Shown: positions 31,688 to 40,055 of the stretch, piece by piece | Position numbering within the stretch: position 1 is the first letter of the stretch | Layout: each line of letters opens with the position of its first letter | Position numbers and translations under genes: made by a program | The notes under the pieces: model-generated | What the model saw: the letters and a program-made list of their open reading frames with translations, nothing else | Databases searched by the model: none | What the model was told of the DNA's origin: nothing | NCBI GenBank assembly: GCA_043810345.1 | Contig: JBDROF010000102.1 | Span: 22,118 to 86,117, forward strand | Direction: 5' to 3' | DNA: 64,000 bases | Origin: Bacteroidota bacterium | GTDB taxonomy: Bacteria > Bacteroidota > Bacteroidia > Bacteroidales > FEN-979

Positions 31688-32024
31688 CTTTTGACTTTTT
31701 ATATTTAAAACCTTCTTTAAACATATTTAAAATTAACAAAAAGTGTTTACGAAGGTCTGACGTGTCTACAGACGCCACACAATCAAAGGGATAGTCTCCA
31801 TCCCCAACCCAGGGCAAAATCGAACGGTATCACCGAACGATGAAAAATGTTGTTAAAATAGAAGCAATCACATTTTAAAATGTTGTAACTTTGACTAAAT
31901 CACGCACATGGAATTACGTCATACTAGTGAACATTGTTTTGAAGACGTACAGTCAATATAAATCGGCGTGGGGTGGTCAATTTAGTCGGCATATCCAATT
32001 CACTAAAATAAACACCAGAAAAGA

Positions 32025-34259
32025 ATGAAATTAGCTTTTATTGGCACATACCCACCCAGGGAATGCGGCATTGGCACCTTTACGAATAACCTGTTTAACT
32101 CAATGTTAGTTAACAATGAAAGTATTGAAGTTGGGTATGAGGGTTTTGTTGTTGCATTAAACGACATCGACCTTACTTATAATTACCCTGAAGAGGTAAA
32201 ACTGACCATCAGGCAGGAACACCAGGAAGATTATTTAAAGGCCGTTAAATTCATTAATCTAAGCGGCGCTGACCTTTGTATCCTTGAACATGAATTTGGC
32301 ATTTTCGGCGGTCAAAACGGGGTATATATCCTTCCTTTGTTACATAGATTGGAAGTTCCTATTATTGTAACGCTACATACTATACTTAAAACCCCATCGT
32401 ATAACGAAAAAGCTGTTTTGCAGGAAATATGTAAAATGGCACATAAAATAGTGGTGATGAGCCATAAAGCAATTGAATTCCTGGCGAGTATTTACAATGT
32501 GCCGGAAAAAAAAATTGTTTTTATAGAACATGGCGTACCAGACATTCATTTCAGCCAGGAAAAATCGAAAAAGGAGTTTAAGCTCGAAAATAACAAAGTG
32601 TTACTTACCTTCGGTTTTATTGGACGCAACAAAGGAATTGAAACGGTAATAAAAGCATTGCCTAAAGTTGTTGAAAAACACCCCGATGTTCTGTATATCG
32701 TTTTAGGCAAAACCCACCCTCATGTGCTGCGACATTCAGGCGAAGAATATCGTATTTTCTTAATGCGTTTGGTCAAAAACCTACAACTGGAGAAGCATGT
32801 TGTGTTTCTTAATGAGTTTATTAACGTACAAGATTTGTTCAAATACCTATCCGCTTCTGATATATACATAACACCCTATTTGAACGAAGCCCAAATGACC
32901 AGCGGAACTCTATCCTATGCCGTTGGAGTAGGTTCAGCCGTGATTTCAACACCCTATTGGCATGCTGCAGAGTTATTGGCAGAAGGAAGGGGAAGGCTTT
33001 TTGACTTTAATGATTCCAACAGCCTTACTTCCACTTTAACAGAACTCTTAGATAAACCTGAGGAGTTAAATGAGCTTAAAAGAAAAGCATATGATTATGG
33101 CCGGAAAATTACCTGGCCGAAAACAGGAGAAAAGTATGTTGCGCTTGCTGTAACTATTCTGAAGGAAGGGTATAAGTTAATTGTAAAGAAAGACACAGTT
33201 TTGGATTTCCTCATTCTGCCCCCTTTTTCTCTTGCTCATATCAATCGATTAACAGACGATACAGGCATCATCCAACATGCAAAATTTGGCATTCCAAACT
33301 TAAAAGAAGGCTATTGCATTGATGATAATGCCAGGGCTTTGCTTATGGTGTTAATGGCATACAGGCAAATAAAAGATATCCGGGCTCTTGAATTATCGCC
33401 TATCTATTTAAGCTATATTCATTATATGCAAAATGCGGATGGTACCTTCAGGAATTTCCTGAGTTTTAGCAGAAACTTCCTGGATGAGATTGGTTCCGAA
33501 GATTCTTTTGGCCGGACTATATGGGCATTGGGATACCTGCTGAGTAATGCCCCCAACGATGCCTATTATCAAACAGGTAAATTAGTGTTTTTTAATGCAT
33601 CTCCCAATTTTGAAAAATTAAAGTCCATCAGAAGTATCGCCAATACCATGATCGGAATAAGCTATTATCTGAAAAGCAACCCATCGGACGATTCAATGAC
33701 TGAAAGATTACGAAACCTGGCTCAAAACTTAAGTAAACATTATGAAGAAAACGAATCCCCCGATTGGAAATGGTTTGAATCCTTACTTGCATACGATAAT
33801 GGCATTTTACCTTTAGCTCTTTTACATTCAGCAGAAATACTTAACGATGATAAAATAACAAATACGGCGCTCGAATCTATGAACTTTCTGACAAAGCATA
33901 CACTGAAGGATAATTACATATCGATCATTGGAAATGAGAAATGGTACAAGAAAGAAGGGGAACGTTCTGTTTTTGCCCAACAACCAATAGATGCCATGGC
34001 CATGGTTTTAATGTACCACCAAGCCTTTCATGTAACAAAGGATAAAGATTACCTCAATAAGCTATACACTTCATTTTTGTGGTTCCTTGGTGAAAATGAC
34101 CTGAGAATGAGCCTGTATGATTTTGAGACACAGGGATGCTGCGATGGATTTGAACGTTATGGTGTAAACCGCAATCAGGGTGCAGAAAGTTCATTGTCGT
34201 ATCTAATTTCTCATTTAACCGTATTGCAGGCTTATGAAGAATTTCACAAGTCAGATTAA
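32025..34259 (+). CDS. GT4-type glycosyltransferase fused to a C-terminal helical domain of about 350 aa (alpha/alpha-toroid-like, unassigned)
   Basis: 744-aa ORF. The N-terminal half has a GT-B/GT4 layout (MKLAFIGTYPPRECGIGTF...; ...FGFIGRNKGIETVIKA...). The C-terminal half is rich in repeated helix pairs (...DDNARALLMVLMAY...GRTIWALGYLL...LLAYDNGILPLALLHS...). No signal peptide. Confidence 0.65.
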   Translation: MKLAFIGTYPPRECGIGTFTNNLFNSMLVNNESIEVGYEGFVVALNDIDLTYNYPEEVKLTIRQEHQEDYLKAVKFINLSGADLCILEHEFGIFGGQNGVYILPLLHRLEVPIIVTLHTILKTPSYNEKAVLQEICKMAHKIVVMSHKAIEFLASIYNVPEKKIVFIEHGVPDIHFSQEKSKKEFKLENNKVLLTFGFIGRNKGIETVIKALPKVVEKHPDVLYIVLGKTHPHVLRHSGEEYRIFLMRLVKNLQLEKHVVFLNEFINVQDLFKYLSASDIYITPYLNEAQMTSGTLSYAVGVGSAVISTPYWHAAELLAEGRGRLFDFNDSNSLTSTLTELLDKPEELNELKRKAYDYGRKITWPKTGEKYVALAVTILKEGYKLIVKKDTVLDFLILPPFSLAHINRLTDDTGIIQHAKFGIPNLKEGYCIDDNARALLMVLMAYRQIKDIRALELSPIYLSYIHYMQNADGTFRNFLSFSRNFLDEIGSEDSFGRTIWALGYLLSNAPNDAYYQTGKLVFFNASPNFEKLKSIRSIANTMIGISYYLKSNPSDDSMTERLRNLAQNLSKHYEENESPDWKWFESLLAYDNGILPLALLHSAEILNDDKITNTALESMNFLTKHTLKDNYISIIGNEKWYKKEGERSVFAQQPIDAMAMVLMYHQAFHVTKDKDYLNKLYTSFLWFLGENDLRMSLYDFETQGCCDGFERYGVNRNQGAESSLSYLISHLTVLQAYEEFHKSD

Positions 34260-34268
34260 AGAAGTAAC

Positions 34269-35204
34269 ATGGAAACAGCGATGTTGATAAACAGATATCA
34301 AAATAACCCTATCCTCACAAAGGATGACGTGCCCTATCCGGTTGCTACGGTGCATAATGCCGCTGTTGTAAAGCACGAGGGGAAGTATATAATGATATTT
34401 CGCTCACATAAACTGAACGGAAGAAGTATACTTGGGATGGCAGAGAGTGAAGATGGATACAATTTTAAAGTGAATGACAAACCTTTTATGATTCCGGCTA
34501 CTGAGGGGATTTTTAAAGAATACGAGACCTATGGAGTGGAAGATCCAAGGATTATTTTTATGGACGGCGAATACCTCATTACATATAGTGCTTATTCCAG
34601 GCATGGTGTGCGTATTGGACTGGCAAGAACAAAAGATTTCAAATCTGTTGAAAGATTTTCACTTATTACCGAATCCGACTGCCGGAATGTTGTAATCTTC
34701 CCTGAAAAAATTGGGGGTTTATATGCCAGGCTCGACCGCCCTCATTCTGAAATATCGCCTTGGTCCATCTGGATATCCTATTCTCCCGATCTAAAGTATT
34801 GGGGCGAATCGAAACTAATTATGAAACCATTACAATACCATTGGGATGAGATGAAGATAGGTCCCGGAGCGCCCCCTATTAAAACATCCCGTGGTTGGTT
34901 AAGCATCTATCACGGCGTGTTTCCAACTATGGATGGGAGTGTTTATAGATTAGGGGTGGCATTGCACGATTTGGAAGATCCTTCAAAAATTATTGCCGTT
35001 GGCGATGAATGGATTCTACAACCCGAAGAAGTTTATGAAATTACAGGCTATGTCCATAATGTGGTGTTTACCTGTGGCGCTGTTCCGGAAGACGATGGAA
35101 GCGTTAAAATCTATTGGGGTGGCGCTGACAAAGTGATGTGTGTAGGCACAGCGAAATTGGAAGCCCTTGTTCACCATTGTTTAAACAACCCGCGGGAACA
35201 ATGA
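34269..35204 (+). CDS. GH130-family protein (beta-mannoside phosphorylase/glycosidase-like)
   Basis: 311-aa ORF with ...YGVEDPRIIFMDGEYLITYSAYS... and ...GWLSIYHGV... regions typical of GH130 (former DUF377) five-bladed propellers. No signal peptide. Its stop overlaps the next start as ATGA. Confidence 0.7.
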   Translation: METAMLINRYQNNPILTKDDVPYPVATVHNAAVVKHEGKYIMIFRSHKLNGRSILGMAESEDGYNFKVNDKPFMIPATEGIFKEYETYGVEDPRIIFMDGEYLITYSAYSRHGVRIGLARTKDFKSVERFSLITESDCRNVVIFPEKIGGLYARLDRPHSEISPWSIWISYSPDLKYWGESKLIMKPLQYHWDEMKIGPGAPPIKTSRGWLSIYHGVFPTMDGSVYRLGVALHDLEDPSKIIAVGDEWILQPEEVYEITGYVHNVVFTCGAVPEDDGSVKIYWGGADKVMCVGTAKLEALVHHCLNNPREQ

Positions 35205-36205
35205 AAATCGCAATACTCTCATCTATTGCCTGGCGTACACCTCCCCGGAAATATGGCCCCTGGGAACAAGTAGCATCTAATATCGCTGAGGGAATGGTTG
35301 AACGGGGCATTGATGTAACATTATTTGCCTCAGGCGATTCTATTACAAAAGGCAAATTAGCGTCAGTTTGCGAACAACCGTATGCCGAAGATTCTAAAAT
35401 CGACCCCAAAGTAGCAGAGTGCCTTCATATCAGCTATCTGATGGAACAAGCAGATACGTTTGATTTGATTCATAATAATTTTGATTTTCTACCTCTAAGT
35501 TATTCCCGTTTGATCAAAACACCCATGGTAACCACTATTCATGGTTTTTCTTCTCCAAAAATTCTTCCGGTCTACAAAAAATACAACAGCACCGGTTATT
35601 ATGTTTCTATCAGTAATTCCGACCGCAGTCCTGAACTTGATTACACTGCAACCGTTTACAATGGCGTGAACGCCAATGAATTTAAATTCAGTCCCGGATC
35701 ACAAGATTATCTGCTTTTTTTCGGCAGGATTCATCCGGAAAAGGGGGTTTATGAGTCCATCCAAATTGGTAAAAAATCAAAAAGAAAGCTCATCATTTCC
35801 GGTTTAATTCAGGATCAGGAATACTTTGATCTTAAGGTTAAGCCATTTATTGATGATCATGATATAGTTTATGTCGGCAACTCAGGGCCTGATGAACGGA
35901 ATAAGCTTTTAGGTGGCGCGTTTGCTCTTTTACATCCGATTAGTTTTGAAGAACCTTTTGGCCTGAGTGTGGTTGAAGCCATGTTTTGCGGCACACCCGT
36001 TATTGCATTTAACAGGGGCGCTATGCCTGAATTAATTCTTGATGGGAAGACCGGTTTCTTGGTAAACACGATTGAAGAAGCGCTGGAAGCGGTAAATAAT
36101 ATTAAAATGATTAACAGGAAATATTGCAGGGAATGGGCAATTTCAAAATTCAGCAGGCAAAAAATGATAGAAGGTTATCTGGAGGTTTATGAGAAGATTT
36201 TATAA
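35201..36205 (+). CDS. GT4-family glycosyltransferase
   Basis: The start is set at the ATG at 35201 (MKIAILSSIAWRTPP...). The C-terminal ...EPFGLSVVEAMFCGTPVIAFNRGAMPELI..GKTGFLV is the GT4 E-x7-E region. Confidence 0.8.
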   Translation: MKIAILSSIAWRTPPRKYGPWEQVASNIAEGMVERGIDVTLFASGDSITKGKLASVCEQPYAEDSKIDPKVAECLHISYLMEQADTFDLIHNNFDFLPLSYSRLIKTPMVTTIHGFSSPKILPVYKKYNSTGYYVSISNSDRSPELDYTATVYNGVNANEFKFSPGSQDYLLFFGRIHPEKGVYESIQIGKKSKRKLIISGLIQDQEYFDLKVKPFIDDHDIVYVGNSGPDERNKLLGGAFALLHPISFEEPFGLSVVEAMFCGTPVIAFNRGAMPELILDGKTGFLVNTIEEALEAVNNIKMINRKYCREWAISKFSRQKMIEGYLEVYEKIL

Positions 36206-36239
36206 ATGCATAATAGGGAAGAAGCAACTGCTACCGTCA

Positions 36240-37712
36240 CTATTTTGAATTCTTAAGTTCATGTAAAAGCTGCCCTAAATCAATACATGCATAAGAAGAA
36301 GCATAGTCTGACATGGCGTATGGAATTATCAGATCACCATTATGAATAATCGAACCACATGAATAAATTACATTGGGCACATATCCTTCTCTTTCCACTT
36401 CATTTGGAATCATTAAAGGAGCCTTTAATCTTCCTATTTCTTTTTCAGGATTATCAAGTTCATACAAACAAGCGCCTAGAACATACTCCCTCATTTGTCC
36501 AACGGCATGCGTTATAACCAGCCATCCTTCTTCCGTCTCGATGGGTGATCCGCAATTTCCGATTTGAACGAATTCCCAATGATATTTGGGTTCCTGAATG
36601 AGTTTGGCATCCCGCCAAATATTGATGTCATCTGAAAATGCAACGTAATTATTTACTTCATCTATTCTGCAGAGCATGGCATATTTTCCATTAATCTTCC
36701 TCGGAAATAATGCCATCCCTTTATCTTTCGAAATTTCACCGTGAAGAGGTAATACTTTAAAACTATAAAAATTTTTGGTTTTAAGTAACTTCGGTAATAT
36801 GGTTGTGCCATCATAAGCAGTGTAAGTGGCAAAGTAGGTTACATCACCGTTATCGTCTGTGAATTTAACAAAACGTGCGTCTTCAATACCATTTTTTTCG
36901 GTTTCAGAGATAGGGAAAATAACTCTTTCAGATATAGCCGAATCAATGGAGAATTCAAGTTCATAATGAGATGAAGCCAGCCACATTATTTGATAAAATA
37001 ACAATTCTTTATTTGCCGCAAGGTTAAGAGTCTTTCTTGTTTCTTCTACACACCTTTTCAATTCCCCATAAGTAAAATTTTCACCTAATTTGTCAAAAAC
37101 AAGTTCGGATGGAATTATATTATTACGTTTTTGCATTTCATCCAGCTTCTTTGTAAAGGATTCTTTATTATAGACATGTCTTTTGATACGATCTGCCTCA
37201 TCTAACATTTTGCCGACAGGTTCAATACTCAGGTTATTATCCTTGTCAAGAACCCCGGAACGGAAAACGATTGAGGAAATATGTCCTTCTCCTGTTGCTC
37301 TGAAACTTAAAATCACCCTTTTTTCTTTAGGCCCTAATTCGGTTTGATCAGGATGTTCAACAATGGATGGATTAAAAAAAGCTGCCGATTCAATAGAATA
37401 TTCCATTGTGAAATAGGAACCAATAAGCACTTTCCTGGATAGATTAAGGTTATTAGGGTTAATATTCATTTCTTTAAATAAGTGAGTTAATTTATTGAAA
37501 TGATTTTCAAATATTTTTGAAATATTTCTGTGACGCTTGGAATACCCTCTCAGCACCTGGCTTATTGCTATATTTACATCTCCTTCTGACATAGCCAATA
37601 CCTGACGGATTATATTTGCGCTTCTTTCGTTATTAGGATAATGAAAGCGGGCAATTATCCTGGTAGGATCGGGATAAAATTTACCATCTTTTCTTGTTAC
37701 ATAAAATTCCAT
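36240..37712 (-). CDS. two-domain protein: unassigned N-terminal domain of about 270 aa plus a GH130-like C-terminal propeller
   Basis: 490-aa ORF. The C-terminal part has ...NGIEDARFVKFTDDNGDVTYFATYTAYDG... and ...EGWLVITHAVG..., paralleling the GH130 motifs of the 34269 gene. No signal peptide. Confidence 0.6.
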   Translation of the reverse strand: MEFYVTRKDGKFYPDPTRIIARFHYPNNERSANIIRQVLAMSEGDVNIAISQVLRGYSKRHRNISKIFENHFNKLTHLFKEMNINPNNLNLSRKVLIGSYFTMEYSIESAAFFNPSIVEHPDQTELGPKEKRVILSFRATGEGHISSIVFRSGVLDKDNNLSIEPVGKMLDEADRIKRHVYNKESFTKKLDEMQKRNNIIPSELVFDKLGENFTYGELKRCVEETRKTLNLAANKELLFYQIMWLASSHYELEFSIDSAISERVIFPISETEKNGIEDARFVKFTDDNGDVTYFATYTAYDGTTILPKLLKTKNFYSFKVLPLHGEISKDKGMALFPRKINGKYAMLCRIDEVNNYVAFSDDINIWRDAKLIQEPKYHWEFVQIGNCGSPIETEEGWLVITHAVGQMREYVLGACLYELDNPEKEIGRLKAPLMIPNEVEREGYVPNVIYSCGSIIHNGDLIIPYAMSDYASSYACIDLGQLLHELKNSK

Positions 37713-37714
37713 AG

Positions 37715-37953
37715 ATCAAAATTTGCAACAAGTTCATCCATTTGTTTCCGGTTCAGCTTTCCAACCCCGCCAACATAGTTGTATTGAAGCAAACTGTCTT
37801 TGCCTCCGGAGTAATATACCTTGTCTGCCACCTTCTGATTGTAGTGTCATCAAGCAAAAGAATTTCAGCAGTAATAAAAATGCTTCCATCGCATAGCAAA
37901 GAAAAACTGTAAATAATCATTCTCCACTTGATATTTAGATTTTTTCTCAACAA
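37715..37953 (-). mobile_element. degenerate N-terminal (HTH) remnant of an IS630-like transposase
   Basis: The minus-strand translation ...AEILLLDDTTIRRWQTRY..., and after a frame change ...NYVGGVGKLNRKQMDELVANF, resembles the winged-HTH N-terminus of IS630-type transposases as I recall them. It is frameshifted and has no catalytic domain. Confidence 0.35.
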
Positions 37954-38100
37954 GCAATTGTTAACTCAAGTTTCGGGGTTAAAAATTGAACGTAAATATT
38001 TATAGATATATGTTAATAACATGGTGATAACTTTTCGGTAAAAAAGTGAAGGCATTCTCATACTCACGCCGAAGTGGCTGACCATCCTCCCTGCAATGAC

Positions 38101-38352
38101 TTAAGAACGATCCTTTTCCTGTGTCTGAATGACATGATACAAATTTACATATTTTTCATTTTGTTCAACATCCTCATTAATTTTGGTTTTTTGTCTCTTC
38201 CGTAGCGATTCCCCTAAGAGTTCCAATCGATGCGCATCATGAACAATACGATCAAGGATGGCATCTGCCACTGTCTGCTCACCGATTACTTCATACCATT
38301 GTACGCCGGGTAATTGAGATGTAATAATCGTTGACCGGTTACCGTGCCGGAA
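38101..38352 (-). mobile_element. istB: IS21-family istB (helper ATPase) C-terminal fragment
   Basis: The translation ...[54 protein letters not shown] parallels the IstB C-terminus (...SLLITSN....W.EVFGD.V.ATAILDRLLHH.H...I.GESYR.K). Confidence 0.7.
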
Positions 38353-38382
38353 AAGCCGACCAAATTGACCTCCTGTTTTACT

Positions 38383-38475
38383 TTGCTGATCCTTGATGAT
38401 TTTGGCATACAACCACTTGATAATCAAAATCGGGCAGTTTTATTGGAGATCATCGAAGACATACATGAAAAATAT
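38383..38475 (+). mobile_element. istB: IS21-family istB Walker-B fragment in the opposite orientation
   Basis: The plus-strand translation [31 protein letters not shown] parallels IstB LLIIDELGYLP......LF.L...RYE. It diverges head-to-head from the minus-strand fragment at 38101-38352. Confidence 0.6.
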
Positions 38476-38614
38476 ATCAATATGCTTGACAGGCATGGGG
38501 TCGCTAGTTCGAACCGAAGCTCACGAGGACGAAGTCCGAGTAATCTAGTACATCCCACTACTCACCTCCAACATCCCTCTGCCACACGAGAAGCAAATGG
38601 TGATTCCGGTACAG

Positions 38615-38684
38615 TAGTTGGCAGTTGGCATTCACGTCTCACGTCCTACGTCTCACGTCTCACGTCCTACGTCTTCCGTCTCCC
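38615..38684 (-). repeat. 10 phased heptamers; minus-strand reading ...GTAGGAC GTGAGAC GTGAGAC GTAGGAC GTGAGAC GTGAATG CCAACTG CCAACTA
   Basis: The plus strand reads TAGTTGG CAGTTGG CATTCAC GTCTCAC GTCCTAC GTCTCAC GTCTCAC GTCCTAC GTCTTCC GTCTCCC. It uses the same words and order as 26300-26330 and overlaps the stop codon (38653-38655) and last codons of the response regulator. Confidence 0.95.
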
Positions 38685-39081
38685 CTTCCAGATATTTCCT
38701 GATGAGTTCCAGCATCTCATTCGCCCGTATCGGTTTGGTGATGAAATCCCAGCACCCGGCAGATAAGGCTGCTTTCCTGTCCTGCTCGGAAGCATAGGCC
38801 GTTTGAGCAATGACCGGCAACTCTTTCCGGAAGGAGGTGATCTCCCGGGTGGCATCCAATCCGTTCATCCCGGGTAACCTGATATCCATCAGTATCACAT
38901 CCATCTCCGGGTGAGCATGGCAGAGGTTGACCGCCTGTTGCCCTTCCAGAGCATGGAAGATGGTGGCACGGGTAGGCTTTAATAATACATCCAGGTAACT
39001 GAAGCAAACCTGATCATCTTCGACAATCAGGATGTTCCTGCCCTGCCAGTTGAGTTCTCCCCGCAAACGAATGTTTCCCAT
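38653..39081 (-). CDS. receiver-only (CheY-like) response regulator, paralog 2
   Basis: 142-aa ORF with the REC residues conserved: IVEDD, VILMDIRLPGMNG, AQTAYA and KPI. The C-terminal tail ...GETEDVGRET is encoded by the heptamer array. Confidence 0.85.
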   Translation of the reverse strand: MGNIRLRGELNWQGRNILIVEDDQVCFSYLDVLLKPTRATIFHALEGQQAVNLCHAHPEMDVILMDIRLPGMNGLDATREITSFRKELPVIAQTAYASEQDRKAALSAGCWDFITKPIRANEMLELIRKYLEGETEDVGRET

Positions 39082-39110
39082 GGATCAAGAATCTTGAAAT
39101 GATAATTTTG

Positions 39111-40055
39111 TTAAAAACGGAGTGCTGTAAGTTGCTCTTTTGCTGTTCGGAATTCCTCCATGATCTCTGAAACAATCTGGCCTGCCGGTTTCATCTCCCG
39201 GATCAATCCGGATACCTGTCCGATCTCCAGCTCCCCTTCGTCCAGGTCACCTTCCAACATCCCTTTTTGTGCGCGCCCTTTCCCTAACAAGCGGGCCAGC
39301 TCCTCTGCAGAAGCCCCTGCATCTTCCATTTGACTGACCTTCTGGAAGAATTTATTCTTCAGCAATCGGACAGGCCCCAGCCGTTTCAATGCCAGCATCG
39401 TATCCCCATCAGTCGCTTCCAGTATCTTCTGTTTGAAAGCAGGGTGTGCCGAAGATTCGGGGGTAGCCACAAACCGGCTACCAATCTGAACTCCTTCAGC
39501 GCCCAGAGCAAAGACAGCCAGCATGGCTTTCCCTGTAGCTATACCACCCGCTGCTATCAAAGGAAAATCCACAACTTCCCGGACTTGGGGTATCAGGACC
39601 ATCGTTGTGGTCTCCTCTTTGCCATTGTGACCGCCGGCTTCAAAGCCTTCAGCCACCACCGCATCCACTCCCGCATGTTGGCATTTTACAGCAAATTTAA
39701 CATTTGCAATAACATGTACCACGGTGAAACCTCTCCCCTTCAGATATTGTGTCCATTTCTCAGGATTACCTGCAGAGGTGAAAACAATCTTCACCCCCTC
39801 TTCCTCGAGGATGTTAAACTTATCTTCATTCCTCTCGTAAAGAAGAGGAACATTTACACCAAAAGGGTTGCGCGTGGCCTGTTTACATTTCCTTACCTGG
39901 TCACGAAGCAGATCGGGGTGCATCGACCCGGAACCAATTAGGCCCAGGCCTCCAGAATTACTTACGGCTTGGGCCAGTTTCCATCCGCTGCACCAGATCA
40001 TCCCGGCCTGAATTATCGGGTACCGAATGCCAAGGAGATGGGTGATCCGGTTCAT
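39111..40055 (-). CDS. NAD(P)H-dependent flavin oxidoreductase (nitronate monooxygenase / FabK-like)
   Basis: 314-aa ORF with ...YPIIQAGMIWCSG...GGLGLIGSG... and ...PLIAAGGIATG.... This is a TIM-barrel FMN enzyme of the NMO/enoyl-reductase II type. Confidence 0.8.
   Translation of the reverse strand: MNRITHLLGIRYPIIQAGMIWCSGWKLAQAVSNSGGLGLIGSGSMHPDLLRDQVRKCKQATRNPFGVNVPLLYERNEDKFNILEEEGVKIVFTSAGNPEKWTQYLKGRGFTVVHVIANVKFAVKCQHAGVDAVVAEGFEAGGHNGKEETTTMVLIPQVREVVDFPLIAAGGIATGKAMLAVFALGAEGVQIGSRFVATPESSAHPAFKQKILEATDGDTMLALKRLGPVRLLKNKFFQKVSQMEDAGASAEELARLLGKGRAQKGMLEGDLDEGELEIGQVSGLIREMKPAGQIVSEIMEEFRTAKEQLTALRF

Noticed and set aside
38478-38512. tRNA-like 3' fragment (GGGGTCGCTAGTTCGAACCGAAGCTCACGAGG) as a possible island attachment site
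   Set aside because: It has a T-loop-like TTCGAAC, but the flanking 5-nt arms pair at only 2 of 5 positions. It has no acceptor partner and is not a copy of the tRNA-Val 3' end, so the evidence is too weak.
38344-38766. 140-aa plus-strand ORF
   Set aside because: It is a chimeric read-through of an istB fragment, unique junk, the heptamer array and the antisense strand of the response regulator. No coherent protein results.
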